This document shows positions 27,105-35,897 of a stretch of 64,000 nucleotides of DNA, in pieces. The DNA comes from a virus (lineage: Duplodnaviria; Caudoviricetes): IMG/VR virus record IMGVR_UViG_3300025389_001063; one strand, given 5' to 3'. Made by a program: the position numbers and the translations under genes. Within the stretch, counting starts at the first letter, position 1; every line of letters starts with the position of its first letter. The notes beneath the pieces were generated by a model. That model saw nothing but the letters and a program-made list of their open reading frames with translations, had not been told where the DNA came from and made no database searches.

Positions 27105-28811
27105 ATGCTCACATATAAAGCACCTGTTGAAGAATCGTTATTTCTTATAAAAGATGTTCTTAAAGTTGATAATGATTTGTTAGAGCCTATTATTCAAGAA
27201 GCCGCTAAACTCGCTGAAGAAGTTATTGCTCCTACAAATCAAGAAGGTGACAACGTAGGTTGTTTTTGGACTAATGGTCCTGGATTAGAATATCCAGAAG
27301 TTGTAACTACTCAATCATTTAAAGAACCATGGAAACAATTTACAGAAGGTGGGTGGTGCGGATTAAATGTTCCAGAAGAATATGGAGGTCAAGGACAACC
27401 TTACCTTCTTGCTGCTGTTGTAAACGAATTTGTATCAGCAGCAAATATGTCATTTGGTCTATTTCCAGGTCTTACTCGTGGAGCAATCCAAGCACTATTA
27501 GAAGTTGCTACAGAAGAACAAAAACAAAAATACATTCCTATGATGGCTTCTGGTAAATGGACCGGCACTATGAATCTTACCGAACCGCATTGCGGAACTG
27601 ATCTCGGTTTGTTAAAGACAAAATCTATTCCAAATGAAGATGGAACATATTCTATTACTGGACAAAAGATTTTTATTAGTGCTGGTGATCACGATTTAAG
27701 TGAAAATATTATTCATCTTGTTCTTGCTCGTATCGAAGGAGCATCAGCAGGAACTAAAGGTATTAGTCTATTCATTGTTCCTAAATTCTTAGAAAATAAT
27801 GAAAGAAATAAAGTTACATGTGGAGCTATTGAAAAAAAGATGGGCATACATGGAAGTCCAACTTGTCAGATGTTTTTTGACAATGCCACAGGATACTTGT
27901 TAGGAGAGAAAGGAAAAGGTCTCATTCATATGTTTATTATGATGAATGAGGCAAGACTCGGAGTTGCTGTTCAAGGGTTAGGACAGAGTGATCTTGCTTA
28001 TCAAAATGCTGTTAAATATGCTATAGACCGATTACAAGGAAGATCATTAACTGGTGTTAAAAATGAACAAGGACCTGCTGATCCTATTATCGTTCATCCT
28101 GATGTTCGCCGTATGCTTATGGACATAAAATCTGTTAACATGCCAGGACGTTTGTTAATTTATAAGGCTGCTTTGCTTTGCGATAAGAAAGACGATCAAT
28201 CACAAGATATTCTCGGACTAATGACTCCTATCCTTAAAGGTGTTATGTCTGATTATGGTTTTGAAAATGCTGTAAAGGCACAACAGGTTTTTGGAGGACA
28301 CGGTTATATCAAAGAATGGGGCATGGAACAGATTGTTCGCGATGCTCGTATTGCCCAAATCTACGAAGGTGCTAATGGCATTCAAGCATTAGATCTAGTT
28401 GGACGTAAACTTCCAAAGAATATGGGTAGAGCAGTTCGTACTCAATTCAAACTTTTTGAAGAACAACTTGAAAAAGATTTGAATAACGAAAATGTAAACA
28501 AATGGGCATACTTTGTTGAGAGAGCATATCAAGATCTTAAGAAGGCTACAAATTGGCTTGTCCAAAATGGTATGAAAAATCCAGATAATGCTGGAAGTGC
28601 CTCATACGATTATATGAAACTTTTTGGACTTGTTTATATGGGATTTGCTTGGCTCGATATTATTAAAATCGCACAAGAAAAGAATATGAAAGACAAACTA
28701 ATTATGGCAGATTATTTTGTTGATCGTATTCTCCCAGAAACTTCGTTTCTTTGGAGCAAAATAGAAAGTGGATCTAAAAGCATGATGGATCTACCAGTTG
28801 ACAAGTTCTAA
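27105..28811 (+). CDS. acyl-CoA dehydrogenase (FadE/DmdC-like long form)
   Basis: GTMNLTEPHCGTDLG, ITGQKIFISAG, KMGIHGSPT, MNEARLG, QVFGGHGY and QIYEGANGIQALDL. Confidence 0.9.
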   Translation: MLTYKAPVEESLFLIKDVLKVDNDLLEPIIQEAAKLAEEVIAPTNQEGDNVGCFWTNGPGLEYPEVVTTQSFKEPWKQFTEGGWCGLNVPEEYGGQGQPYLLAAVVNEFVSAANMSFGLFPGLTRGAIQALLEVATEEQKQKYIPMMASGKWTGTMNLTEPHCGTDLGLLKTKSIPNEDGTYSITGQKIFISAGDHDLSENIIHLVLARIEGASAGTKGISLFIVPKFLENNERNKVTCGAIEKKMGIHGSPTCQMFFDNATGYLLGEKGKGLIHMFIMMNEARLGVAVQGLGQSDLAYQNAVKYAIDRLQGRSLTGVKNEQGPADPIIVHPDVRRMLMDIKSVNMPGRLLIYKAALLCDKKDDQSQDILGLMTPILKGVMSDYGFENAVKAQQVFGGHGYIKEWGMEQIVRDARIAQIYEGANGIQALDLVGRKLPKNMGRAVRTQFKLFEEQLEKDLNNENVNKWAYFVERAYQDLKKATNWLVQNGMKNPDNAGSASYDYMKLFGLVYMGFAWLDIIKIAQEKNMKDKLIMADYFVDRILPETSFLWSKIESGSKSMMDLPVDKF

Positions 28812-28825
28812 TAATATGCTATTAT
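28798..28825 (+). promoter_or_regulatory. sigma70-type promoter for the VWA gene
   Basis: TTGACA (inside the last codons of the dehydrogenase), 16 nt, TGn-TATTAT. Confidence 0.5.
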
Positions 28826-28849
28826 ACTTGTATAACACGGAGATGTCTA

Positions 28850-30094
28850 ATGTCTACAGAAGTTGCTGAAAAACCAAAATCCAAAGTTGATCACCGTAAA
28901 ATTGAAGAAAAACTAATTACTGCTCGAGTTGGTCTACTTCTACGTCATTCATTCTTTGGTAATATGGCAACTCGTTTACGTATGGTAAATTGTGAGAACG
29001 ATTCGTTTATTAAAACTGCTGCTACAGACGGACGTCACTTTTATTATGCTCCAGAGTTTATTGATACCTTAAATCCAAAACAAACTGAGTTTGTCTTTGC
29101 TCACGAAGTACTACATAATGTGTTTGAGCATATGTTCCGCCGAGGAGACCGTGATCCTCAAATTTGGAACATTGCTACAGACTATGCTATCAATCAAATC
29201 CTTGTAGACGAGAAGATTGGTGAAAAGGTTTCACAAATTAAAATCTTCCAAGATAACAAATATCGTGGTAAGAGTGCTGAAGAAATCTACGACGAGATCT
29301 TTGAGAAATATGATATGGAACAATTACAGCAATTGGGTGAATTGTTAGACCAACATATGGATCCAGATAAGGATGGACAAGGAGAAGGCAAAGAAGGCGA
29401 AGGCAAATCCAAACGTGTTCAGTATAGCAAAGAAGAATTAAAAAAGATCCGCGATGAAATCAAAGAGGCTATGATTAGTGCTGCACAGAGTGCCGGTGCT
29501 GGCAATATTCCTGCCGGTGTGCGTCGTATGATTCAGGAGTTAACTGAACCAAAGATTAACTGGCGTGAATTATTAAAACAACAAATTCAAAGCACTATCC
29601 GTAACGACTACACCTGGATGCGTCCTTCACGCAAAGGTTGGCACACTGGTGCTATTCTTCCAGGTATGAATTTTGATCAAACTATCGATATTTGCGTTTG
29701 TGTTGATATGTCGGGGTCAATTACTAACGAGATGGGTAGAGATTTTTTAAGTGAAATCAAAGGTATCATGGATCAATTTAAAGACTTCAAATTGAAACTG
29801 TGGACTTTTGATACAGAAGTTTACGATCCAATTGATATTACTGCCGATAATATTCAAGACTTTGATTCGTACGAACTTAAGGGAGGTGGTGGAACTGACT
29901 TTGATGTTAACTGGATTTTTATGAAAGATGAACAAATCGTTCCTAAGAAATTCATTATGTTTACCGACGGTTATCCGTGGGGTTCGTGGGGCGACGAAGA
30001 TTATTGCGACACAATCTTTATTATCCACGGTCCAGAAACTATTAAGCCACCGTTTGGTACATATAGTCACTATGAATTTAGTAAACACTCATGA
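28850..30094 (+). CDS. metallopeptidase plus VWA domain protein (DUF2201-like MoxR partner)
   Basis: TAATDG, HEVLH (HExxH) and MIDAS DMSGS, GGGGTDF, FTDGY. Confidence 0.85.
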   Translation: MSTEVAEKPKSKVDHRKIEEKLITARVGLLLRHSFFGNMATRLRMVNCENDSFIKTAATDGRHFYYAPEFIDTLNPKQTEFVFAHEVLHNVFEHMFRRGDRDPQIWNIATDYAINQILVDEKIGEKVSQIKIFQDNKYRGKSAEEIYDEIFEKYDMEQLQQLGELLDQHMDPDKDGQGEGKEGEGKSKRVQYSKEELKKIRDEIKEAMISAAQSAGAGNIPAGVRRMIQELTEPKINWRELLKQQIQSTIRNDYTWMRPSRKGWHTGAILPGMNFDQTIDICVCVDMSGSITNEMGRDFLSEIKGIMDQFKDFKLKLWTFDTEVYDPIDITADNIQDFDSYELKGGGGTDFDVNWIFMKDEQIVPKKFIMFTDGYPWGSWGDEDYCDTIFIIHGPETIKPPFGTYSHYEFSKHS

Positions 30095-30375
30095 GAGAAT
30101 TTAAAGTTAACCCTCTCAATGTAATAGGAAGCAGGCGTCAAGAGTGCCTGCTTCCTCATATGGAACCTATGACTGCGCCAGTTAATGGATTATATCGTCA
30201 TGATATAATCGCATGGATAGATTCTAATCTAAAAGGAAGATATTGGATAGGATCTCTTACAAAATTAGAAGATAATAGAATTGTTTCATACGATGCTATT
30301 GCGTTTGAAGATCCACACGAATCAACTTTATTTTTATTAAGTTGTCCTCATTTGGCCAAAAATAAGGTAGCATAA
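30091..30375 (+). CDS. hypothetical protein
   Basis: 94-aa ORF with ATGA overlap. Confidence 0.6.
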   Translation: MREFKVNPLNVIGSRRQECLLPHMEPMTAPVNGLYRHDIIAWIDSNLKGRYWIGSLTKLEDNRIVSYDAIAFEDPHESTLFLLSCPHLAKNKVA

Positions 30376-30421
30376 TCCTCTTTCTGATTATATAATACAA
30401 AGACATAACAAGGAGTTACAC

Positions 30422-30676
30422 ATGTCTGATGAAGTTAATACAAACGACGCTCAAAATAATCCTGCTGCAAATGCACCAGCTCAAGACTCTGCTGATCTTG
30501 GATTACAAGACTTAGTTGCTATCAAATCAATTATCGATGTTGCTAGCGGTCGAGGTGCTTTTAAACCAAATGAAATGGTTGCTGTTGGTACTATTTACAG
30601 CAAGTTAGAAAGATTTCTAGAGGCTGCACAGAAACAAAGTCAGTTAGCACAAAACCAGGTTGTTCCTAATGCTTAA
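30422..30676 (+). CDS. hypothetical protein
   Basis: 84 aa with AAGGAG RBS. Confidence 0.65.
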   Translation: MSDEVNTNDAQNNPAANAPAQDSADLGLQDLVAIKSIIDVASGRGAFKPNEMVAVGTIYSKLERFLEAAQKQSQLAQNQVVPNA

Positions 30677-31313
30677 ACATATTGGCAAAATGAAGCACAA
30701 CGATGCTAAGGTTTGTGTAGTATATAGAACCTTACCTGGAGATGCTCATAGTGCCTTAGTAATCGGAACATCAAGTCTTATTGACGGTTATCATAATACT
30801 CTTATGAGTGTTGTTGAAAGTCAAGAAGGACAACAGGCTAATGAACTAGGAGATGCTCTATCAACACGTTTTTTCTCTGATGGGACAAATATTTTAGAAC
30901 AACTCCATTTAACTGGAAAATTAGTTAAGGTATCAACTGACAAAGTTTGGATGCTTCCGACGCCTTCTACTCAAATTTCATTAGATGAACTCAATCTTAT
31001 GATTGCTGAACAAAAAGGTGTTTCTTTAGATGATCTTTCAATCAAAGACGACATGCCTCATGTTAAAAAGAATGGAGAAAAAGAAGTTAGACTTCAAGAG
31101 ATTGATCTTACAAAAGACAATACAGAAGTTGACACATCTAATGAATTGCTAGAAGAATCAGTAGAAACAGAGTTACCTTCTGCTAGTAGTTATCGATCAC
31201 AAGCAGATAAACTCTATAAGGAAGCAGCCAGACTAAGAAAATTAGCGGACGAATTAGACCCTCCCAAAAATAAGAAGAAGATCAGTGCCAAAAAAAACGA
31301 GCAAACCGCTTAA
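30669..31313 (+). CDS. hypothetical protein
   Basis: About 214 aa (MLKHIGKMK...); start refined from 30660. Confidence 0.65.
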   Translation: MLKHIGKMKHNDAKVCVVYRTLPGDAHSALVIGTSSLIDGYHNTLMSVVESQEGQQANELGDALSTRFFSDGTNILEQLHLTGKLVKVSTDKVWMLPTPSTQISLDELNLMIAEQKGVSLDDLSIKDDMPHVKKNGEKEVRLQEIDLTKDNTEVDTSNELLEESVETELPSASSYRSQADKLYKEAARLRKLADELDPPKNKKKISAKKNEQTA

Positions 31314-31605
31314 TCAAGACTTAATTGATCAATGGCCAGAAATCTTAGGAGATGTAAATTTAGACGCTATACCTATATTTTATCTTCATAGTGTAGTAAT
31401 TACGTTCCAGGATGGAAACGTCTGGAACGTAGTTCTCAAAAAAGAACATAAAGAATCGGATGGAGAAAAATTTACAGAAACATTAAACGAACTTTTTCAA
31501 AATTATGAAAAACAAATACAACATGTTGACTTTAGATTAGATATTGAAAAACTTAAAAAAGATATTATTAAATCTACTAATCAATTTACAAAGAGAAAAA
31601 GATGA
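31285..31605 (+). CDS. hypothetical protein
   Basis: 106-aa ORF with GTG start. Confidence 0.6.
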   Translation: MPKKTSKPLNQDLIDQWPEILGDVNLDAIPIFYLHSVVITFQDGNVWNVVLKKEHKESDGEKFTETLNELFQNYEKQIQHVDFRLDIEKLKKDIIKSTNQFTKRKR

Positions 31606-32474
31606 CTTTACGTAACGAAATAGATTTTGCTAACGACCCTAACTACGTTCCAGTTCTTGATCACGGTTTTGTAGGATTAGTAGATTATATGGGCAGTGAT
31701 GATGCTATTGTACAAGCAGCCCGTGTTAGTTATGGTAAAGGTACTAAAAGTGTAAACACAGATCGAGGCTTAATACGCTACCTCATGCGTCACGAGCATA
31801 CAACTCCTTTCGAAATGTGTGAAGTTAAATTTCATATTAAATTACCTATATTTGTAATGCGTCAATTAGTAAGACACAGAACAGCAAGTATGAATGAATA
31901 TTCTGCTCGCTATTCTGTGATTACTGATGAATTTTATATTCCACAACACGATCAATTAAAAGAACAGAGTGCAAATAATAAACAAGGCCGAGATGACGAT
32001 CTTGCTCCAGATGAAAAAGAATATGTTACTGAAAGCATGAGAAATCTTTGGGATTATAATTATAATACTTATGAATATTATATTAATAACTACAATCTAG
32101 CTAGAGAATCTGCTAGAACAGTTTTACCAGTTGGTGGCTACACAGAGTGCTATTGGAAAGCCAATCTTAAAAACTTCTTACATATGGCTAGATTACGCAT
32201 GGATTCACATGCTCAATGGGAAATACGTGAATATGCTAATGCTATGTATAATCTAGCAAAACCTCTATTTCCTGCTGCTTGCGAAGCATTCGAAGATTAT
32301 CAAGTAGATTCAGTTAAAGTTAGCGGATTAGAAGTTCCTTTATTACGTCGTTTAATTAGTCGTAATACATGGCTAGATATGCTAGAAGATTATAGAAGTG
32401 AAGAATTATTAGCAAAACAATTTGGTTTAAGTCAAAGAGAACTTGACGATTTTAAGAAAAAATGGATATCTTAA
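31602..32474 (+). CDS. thyX: FAD-dependent thymidylate synthase
   Basis: QAARVSY, RHEHTTPFE, RQLVRHR...NEYSARY, HAQWEIR. Confidence 0.95.
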   Translation: MTLRNEIDFANDPNYVPVLDHGFVGLVDYMGSDDAIVQAARVSYGKGTKSVNTDRGLIRYLMRHEHTTPFEMCEVKFHIKLPIFVMRQLVRHRTASMNEYSARYSVITDEFYIPQHDQLKEQSANNKQGRDDDLAPDEKEYVTESMRNLWDYNYNTYEYYINNYNLARESARTVLPVGGYTECYWKANLKNFLHMARLRMDSHAQWEIREYANAMYNLAKPLFPAACEAFEDYQVDSVKVSGLEVPLLRRLISRNTWLDMLEDYRSEELLAKQFGLSQRELDDFKKKWIS

Positions 32475-32494
32475 TTTATTCCTCTATATTTAAA

Positions 32495-32526
32495 TCCTGA
32501 TAAATAAAGTATCATCGATATCAGGA
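32495..32526 (+). promoter_or_regulatory. late promoter inside an RBS-sequestering inverted repeat
   Basis: TCCTGATA (32495-502) and TATCAGGA (32519-26) flank ATAAATA (32500-06); the right arm contains the AGGAG SD. Confidence 0.65.
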
Positions 32527-32533
32527 GCCAAAT

Positions 32534-34594
32534 ATGCCCTTAAAACTAAGAAGAGGCACAAATGCCGAAAGAATAACTATAACACCCGCCGAAGGTGAAC
32601 TTATTTATTCGACAGATACTAAGAAAATTTATGTAGGTGACGGAATAACTCAAGGCGGTATTGACGTTACTGGGGCGGCCAGTTTATTTGGTCCTTTATC
32701 TGGAAATTTAGACATAAATCATTATAACATTACAGGTATAGGAAATGTCGAAGTTAATGGTATTATCAGTAACGGACCATTATCTTTAAATTCAAACTAT
32801 ATTTCAAGTTCTTCAGGTTATGTATCACAAGGACTAGGAAATCATATTGGAATTTTAGAATTAAGTACACCTACTAATCTTTTACAAATAAACAGATATT
32901 GGTCAGATCCTAACGAACCTATCGAAATACAGACAGGTATTACTAATAGTTTTACTTCGTTAATGTCTGATAGAAGAAGTTCTAGAGGATCTGTAGGTAT
33001 TCCTACAGCAACTATTCCTGGTGATAATATTGCTTTAGAAAGATTTTGGGGTCATGACGGATTTAATTATCTACCAACTTCAGCAATATGGCATGGTGTT
33101 GATCCCAACGGAACAGTATCTCCAGGATTTGTTCCTGGTGCTATAGCACTTATAACAGAAGGTATCGGCGGTCCACACGTTGTTAGTGTAGATTCAAAAG
33201 GAAATTTAGGAATAGGTGTATACCCTGAACTTGTACAGGAAAAACTACATGTAGAAGGTAATGCATTAATATCTGGAACTTTAATTGCAGGTGCAGTTAG
33301 AGGTTCAATTTTTGCTGATAACTCGAGTGTATTGATTGACAGTATATATGGTAATATGTATGCTAATAATTTGTCAGTTACTGGAATTTTAAATTGTGGA
33401 GAGACAGTACAAAAATCTCCAAACGGATATCTTGATATTTCTTCTAGATATGGAATTACCTCAGGTCTTACTTCGTTGATGACTGGAAATTATGCATCAA
33501 GAGGATCATTAGTTAGTCCTTCATCATTACACACTGGTGATTCAATTAGTTTTATAAGAAATTTTGGTCACGATGGAAGTAACTATGTATTTTCTTCTGG
33601 TATACAATTTGGATTAGATCCATCTATAAGTTCAAGTATAGCACCAAGTACAGGAAAAATGCCTGGTGCAATTGGTTTCATTGTTGTTGATGAAAATAAT
33701 ATCCAAAATTATGTTTCTATAGACTCAGCAGGACAAGTAGGTATTGGAACATTTCCTAATCCAACAACAGAGGCACTCGATGTTAATGGTAATGGTAAAT
33801 TTAGTGGTAGTATTACAACAACTTCAATACAACAAAATTTATCTTCAGGAGTTGACGCTACAAAACTATATGGTATTTCAGATGGTGTTAATTGTCTTGT
33901 AACTTCTAATTATGCATCAAGAGGTAGTTTACCATCACCATCTTCTCTCTATTTAGGTGATTCTATTTCTGCTATAAGAAATTATGGATTCGATGGTACC
34001 AACTATATACTTTCTTCTGCTATAGATTTTGTTTTAGATGGATCATATACTCCATCAACAGGTTATATGCCTGGAGCGATAGCATTTTTTGTTCAAGGAT
34101 CTTCTGGACAAAAAATAACAACTATTAATTCTAATGGTTATTTAGGAATTAATAAATTTCCAAGTGTAACTGAAGAAGCGCTCGATGTTAATGGTAATGG
34201 TAAGTTTAGTGGACACATTACTGTTAATAATTCTACAAATAATAGTTCAGTACAAATTACTGGTTATGCTAATAAAGGTGGTACTGGATATCATGACTTT
34301 ATGAGTGTCACTAACACTTATAGTAGTGCTACTAATCCTAACAAATATTTCCGTTTAGATTCATCTGGATCATTCCAAATTGTTGATAGTACTTATAATA
34401 ATACTTTATTCAATTTAACCAATGCCGGTCATACTATTGTTAGAGGTTATGTACAATTTGGTTCTTTCTCCGCTACAGAAAGAGCAGCATTAACTCCTGC
34501 TAACGGAATGGTTATCTATAATACTACTGCTAATAAATTCCAAGGTTATCAAAATGGTGGCTGGATCAATTTAGACACAGGTGCTGCTGCTTAA
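32534..34594 (+). CDS. tail fibre / receptor-binding protein with internal repeats
   Basis: N-terminus LKLRRGT...PAEGELIYSTDTKKIYVGDG typical of phage fibre anchors; three SRGS...GD...DG.NY...PGAI modules. Confidence 0.7.
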   Translation: MPLKLRRGTNAERITITPAEGELIYSTDTKKIYVGDGITQGGIDVTGAASLFGPLSGNLDINHYNITGIGNVEVNGIISNGPLSLNSNYISSSSGYVSQGLGNHIGILELSTPTNLLQINRYWSDPNEPIEIQTGITNSFTSLMSDRRSSRGSVGIPTATIPGDNIALERFWGHDGFNYLPTSAIWHGVDPNGTVSPGFVPGAIALITEGIGGPHVVSVDSKGNLGIGVYPELVQEKLHVEGNALISGTLIAGAVRGSIFADNSSVLIDSIYGNMYANNLSVTGILNCGETVQKSPNGYLDISSRYGITSGLTSLMTGNYASRGSLVSPSSLHTGDSISFIRNFGHDGSNYVFSSGIQFGLDPSISSSIAPSTGKMPGAIGFIVVDENNIQNYVSIDSAGQVGIGTFPNPTTEALDVNGNGKFSGSITTTSIQQNLSSGVDATKLYGISDGVNCLVTSNYASRGSLPSPSSLYLGDSISAIRNYGFDGTNYILSSAIDFVLDGSYTPSTGYMPGAIAFFVQGSSGQKITTINSNGYLGINKFPSVTEEALDVNGNGKFSGHITVNNSTNNSSVQITGYANKGGTGYHDFMSVTNTYSSATNPNKYFRLDSSGSFQIVDSTYNNTLFNLTNAGHTIVRGYVQFGSFSATERAALTPANGMVIYNTTANKFQGYQNGGWINLDTGAAA

Positions 34595-34607
34595 TAATAA
34601 GTAGAGT

Positions 34608-35168
34608 GTGTTTATACTCATTCCTTGGAAACGATCTTTAAACCTTGACGAGTTTTATGCTGAAGCGGCTCGTCGAGGTTTCGATAACAACTCCTCTCAA
34701 AAAAAGATGATCGATTGTCTAGCGAATGAGGATAAATGGGCTGCTTGGATCTTATATCAAAATAATAAACCTATAGGATCTGTAGCAGCCCATTCTTTTG
34801 ACAACATTATGGGTCCAAACAGTTATAGAATATGTGTAAGAACTTGTATATTACCACATGATCGAGAATACAAAGCAGTTATAACAGCAAAAAGAGCGAT
34901 AGCAGAACATCAAAATCTTACTTCACAATTCTTCATACCTAAATGCATAGATTGGACTGGAAAACATAATAATTTGTATATAACATCAAATGAGAATAGT
35001 AGCGGTTCTCAAAAATTAGTTCATACTATATTTTTTCCAACTCTTGCTAAAAAAGGAATTATGACTAAGATTAAAGATGTTCATTATAGAGGAACAGATC
35101 AAACTGTTTGGAAACTTAATGTAGATCTTTTTATAAAAGATTTAGTACATTATCCTAGATGGAATTAA
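34608..35168 (+). CDS. putative GNAT-like acyltransferase
   Basis: WILYQNNKPIGSVAAH...YRICVRTCILP pattern; weak resemblance only. Confidence 0.4.
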   Translation: MFILIPWKRSLNLDEFYAEAARRGFDNNSSQKKMIDCLANEDKWAAWILYQNNKPIGSVAAHSFDNIMGPNSYRICVRTCILPHDREYKAVITAKRAIAEHQNLTSQFFIPKCIDWTGKHNNLYITSNENSSGSQKLVHTIFFPTLAKKGIMTKIKDVHYRGTDQTVWKLNVDLFIKDLVHYPRWN

Positions 35169-35845
35169 CAACTTATAATAATATTAAAATCAGTAAATGG
35201 TAATAATTCTTGAACTTTATCAATAAATTGTCGTTCTACGTCAAACTTTACTATATTAGTACCATTAAAATTAAAATTATCAATAAGACCTCTCTTATTT
35301 GCTCTATTAAGCCAGGGACTTAATTTATGGTCAAATCTATAACGAGCATCACTGTCGATTTTAGATATATCAAGAGTAATAGTCATACTAACTCTATCTT
35401 TTAATTCACTATGAGTAAGTAATTGTCTCACAACTAATTGTGTTCTAGGAATACTACCAAAATTAGCAGCAACATGTAAACGACCTGCATCCATATCATA
35501 CCATATACCATCTTCTTCTACACGATGCATAATCTTATTATCTAAGTCAATTAGATATGCTTGCTCACCACGAATATTAAGATGCCAACGATCATCAATG
35601 TCTGCATGACTATAATAGTTAACACCCCTATCCAATGTAATAAGTCTTGCTTCTCCCTTTGGGTAAGGAAGGGAGTTATATATCTTTTCCCAGATTGTTC
35701 CTCTATATTCATCTTTTAATTCCCATTCATCATAAAAATAACTTGTTATAGGACGATTTATAGTAGTTCTATCATTTTCAGGGATAGACTCTTTTGCTTT
35801 TTCAATATCTTCTAAATCTACAGAATAAATGGTTTCTCTAATCAT
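35165..35845 (-). CDS. 2OG-Fe(II)/cupin oxygenase (Asp/Asn beta-hydroxylase-like)
   Basis: EARLITL...YYSHADID.RWHL and later DAGRLHVAANFG (HxD...H triad). Confidence 0.65.
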   Translation of the reverse strand: MIRETIYSVDLEDIEKAKESIPENDRTTINRPITSYFYDEWELKDEYRGTIWEKIYNSLPYPKGEARLITLDRGVNYYSHADIDDRWHLNIRGEQAYLIDLDNKIMHRVEEDGIWYDMDAGRLHVAANFGSIPRTQLVVRQLLTHSELKDRVSMTITLDISKIDSDARYRFDHKLSPWLNRANKRGLIDNFNFNGTNIVKFDVERQFIDKVQELLPFTDFNIIISC

Positions 35846-35897
35846 GAAAATATTTAGTGGAGTAATATGCTACTATAAATATTCTTGGAGAAAGCCT

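Noticed and set aside
10044-28811. Eukaryotic virus or cellular origin suggested by ALAS, acyl-CoA dehydrogenase, collagen and PolB
   Set aside because: SD sites, sigma70 and T4-late promoters, operon overlaps and tail/baseplate genes indicate a bacteriophage.
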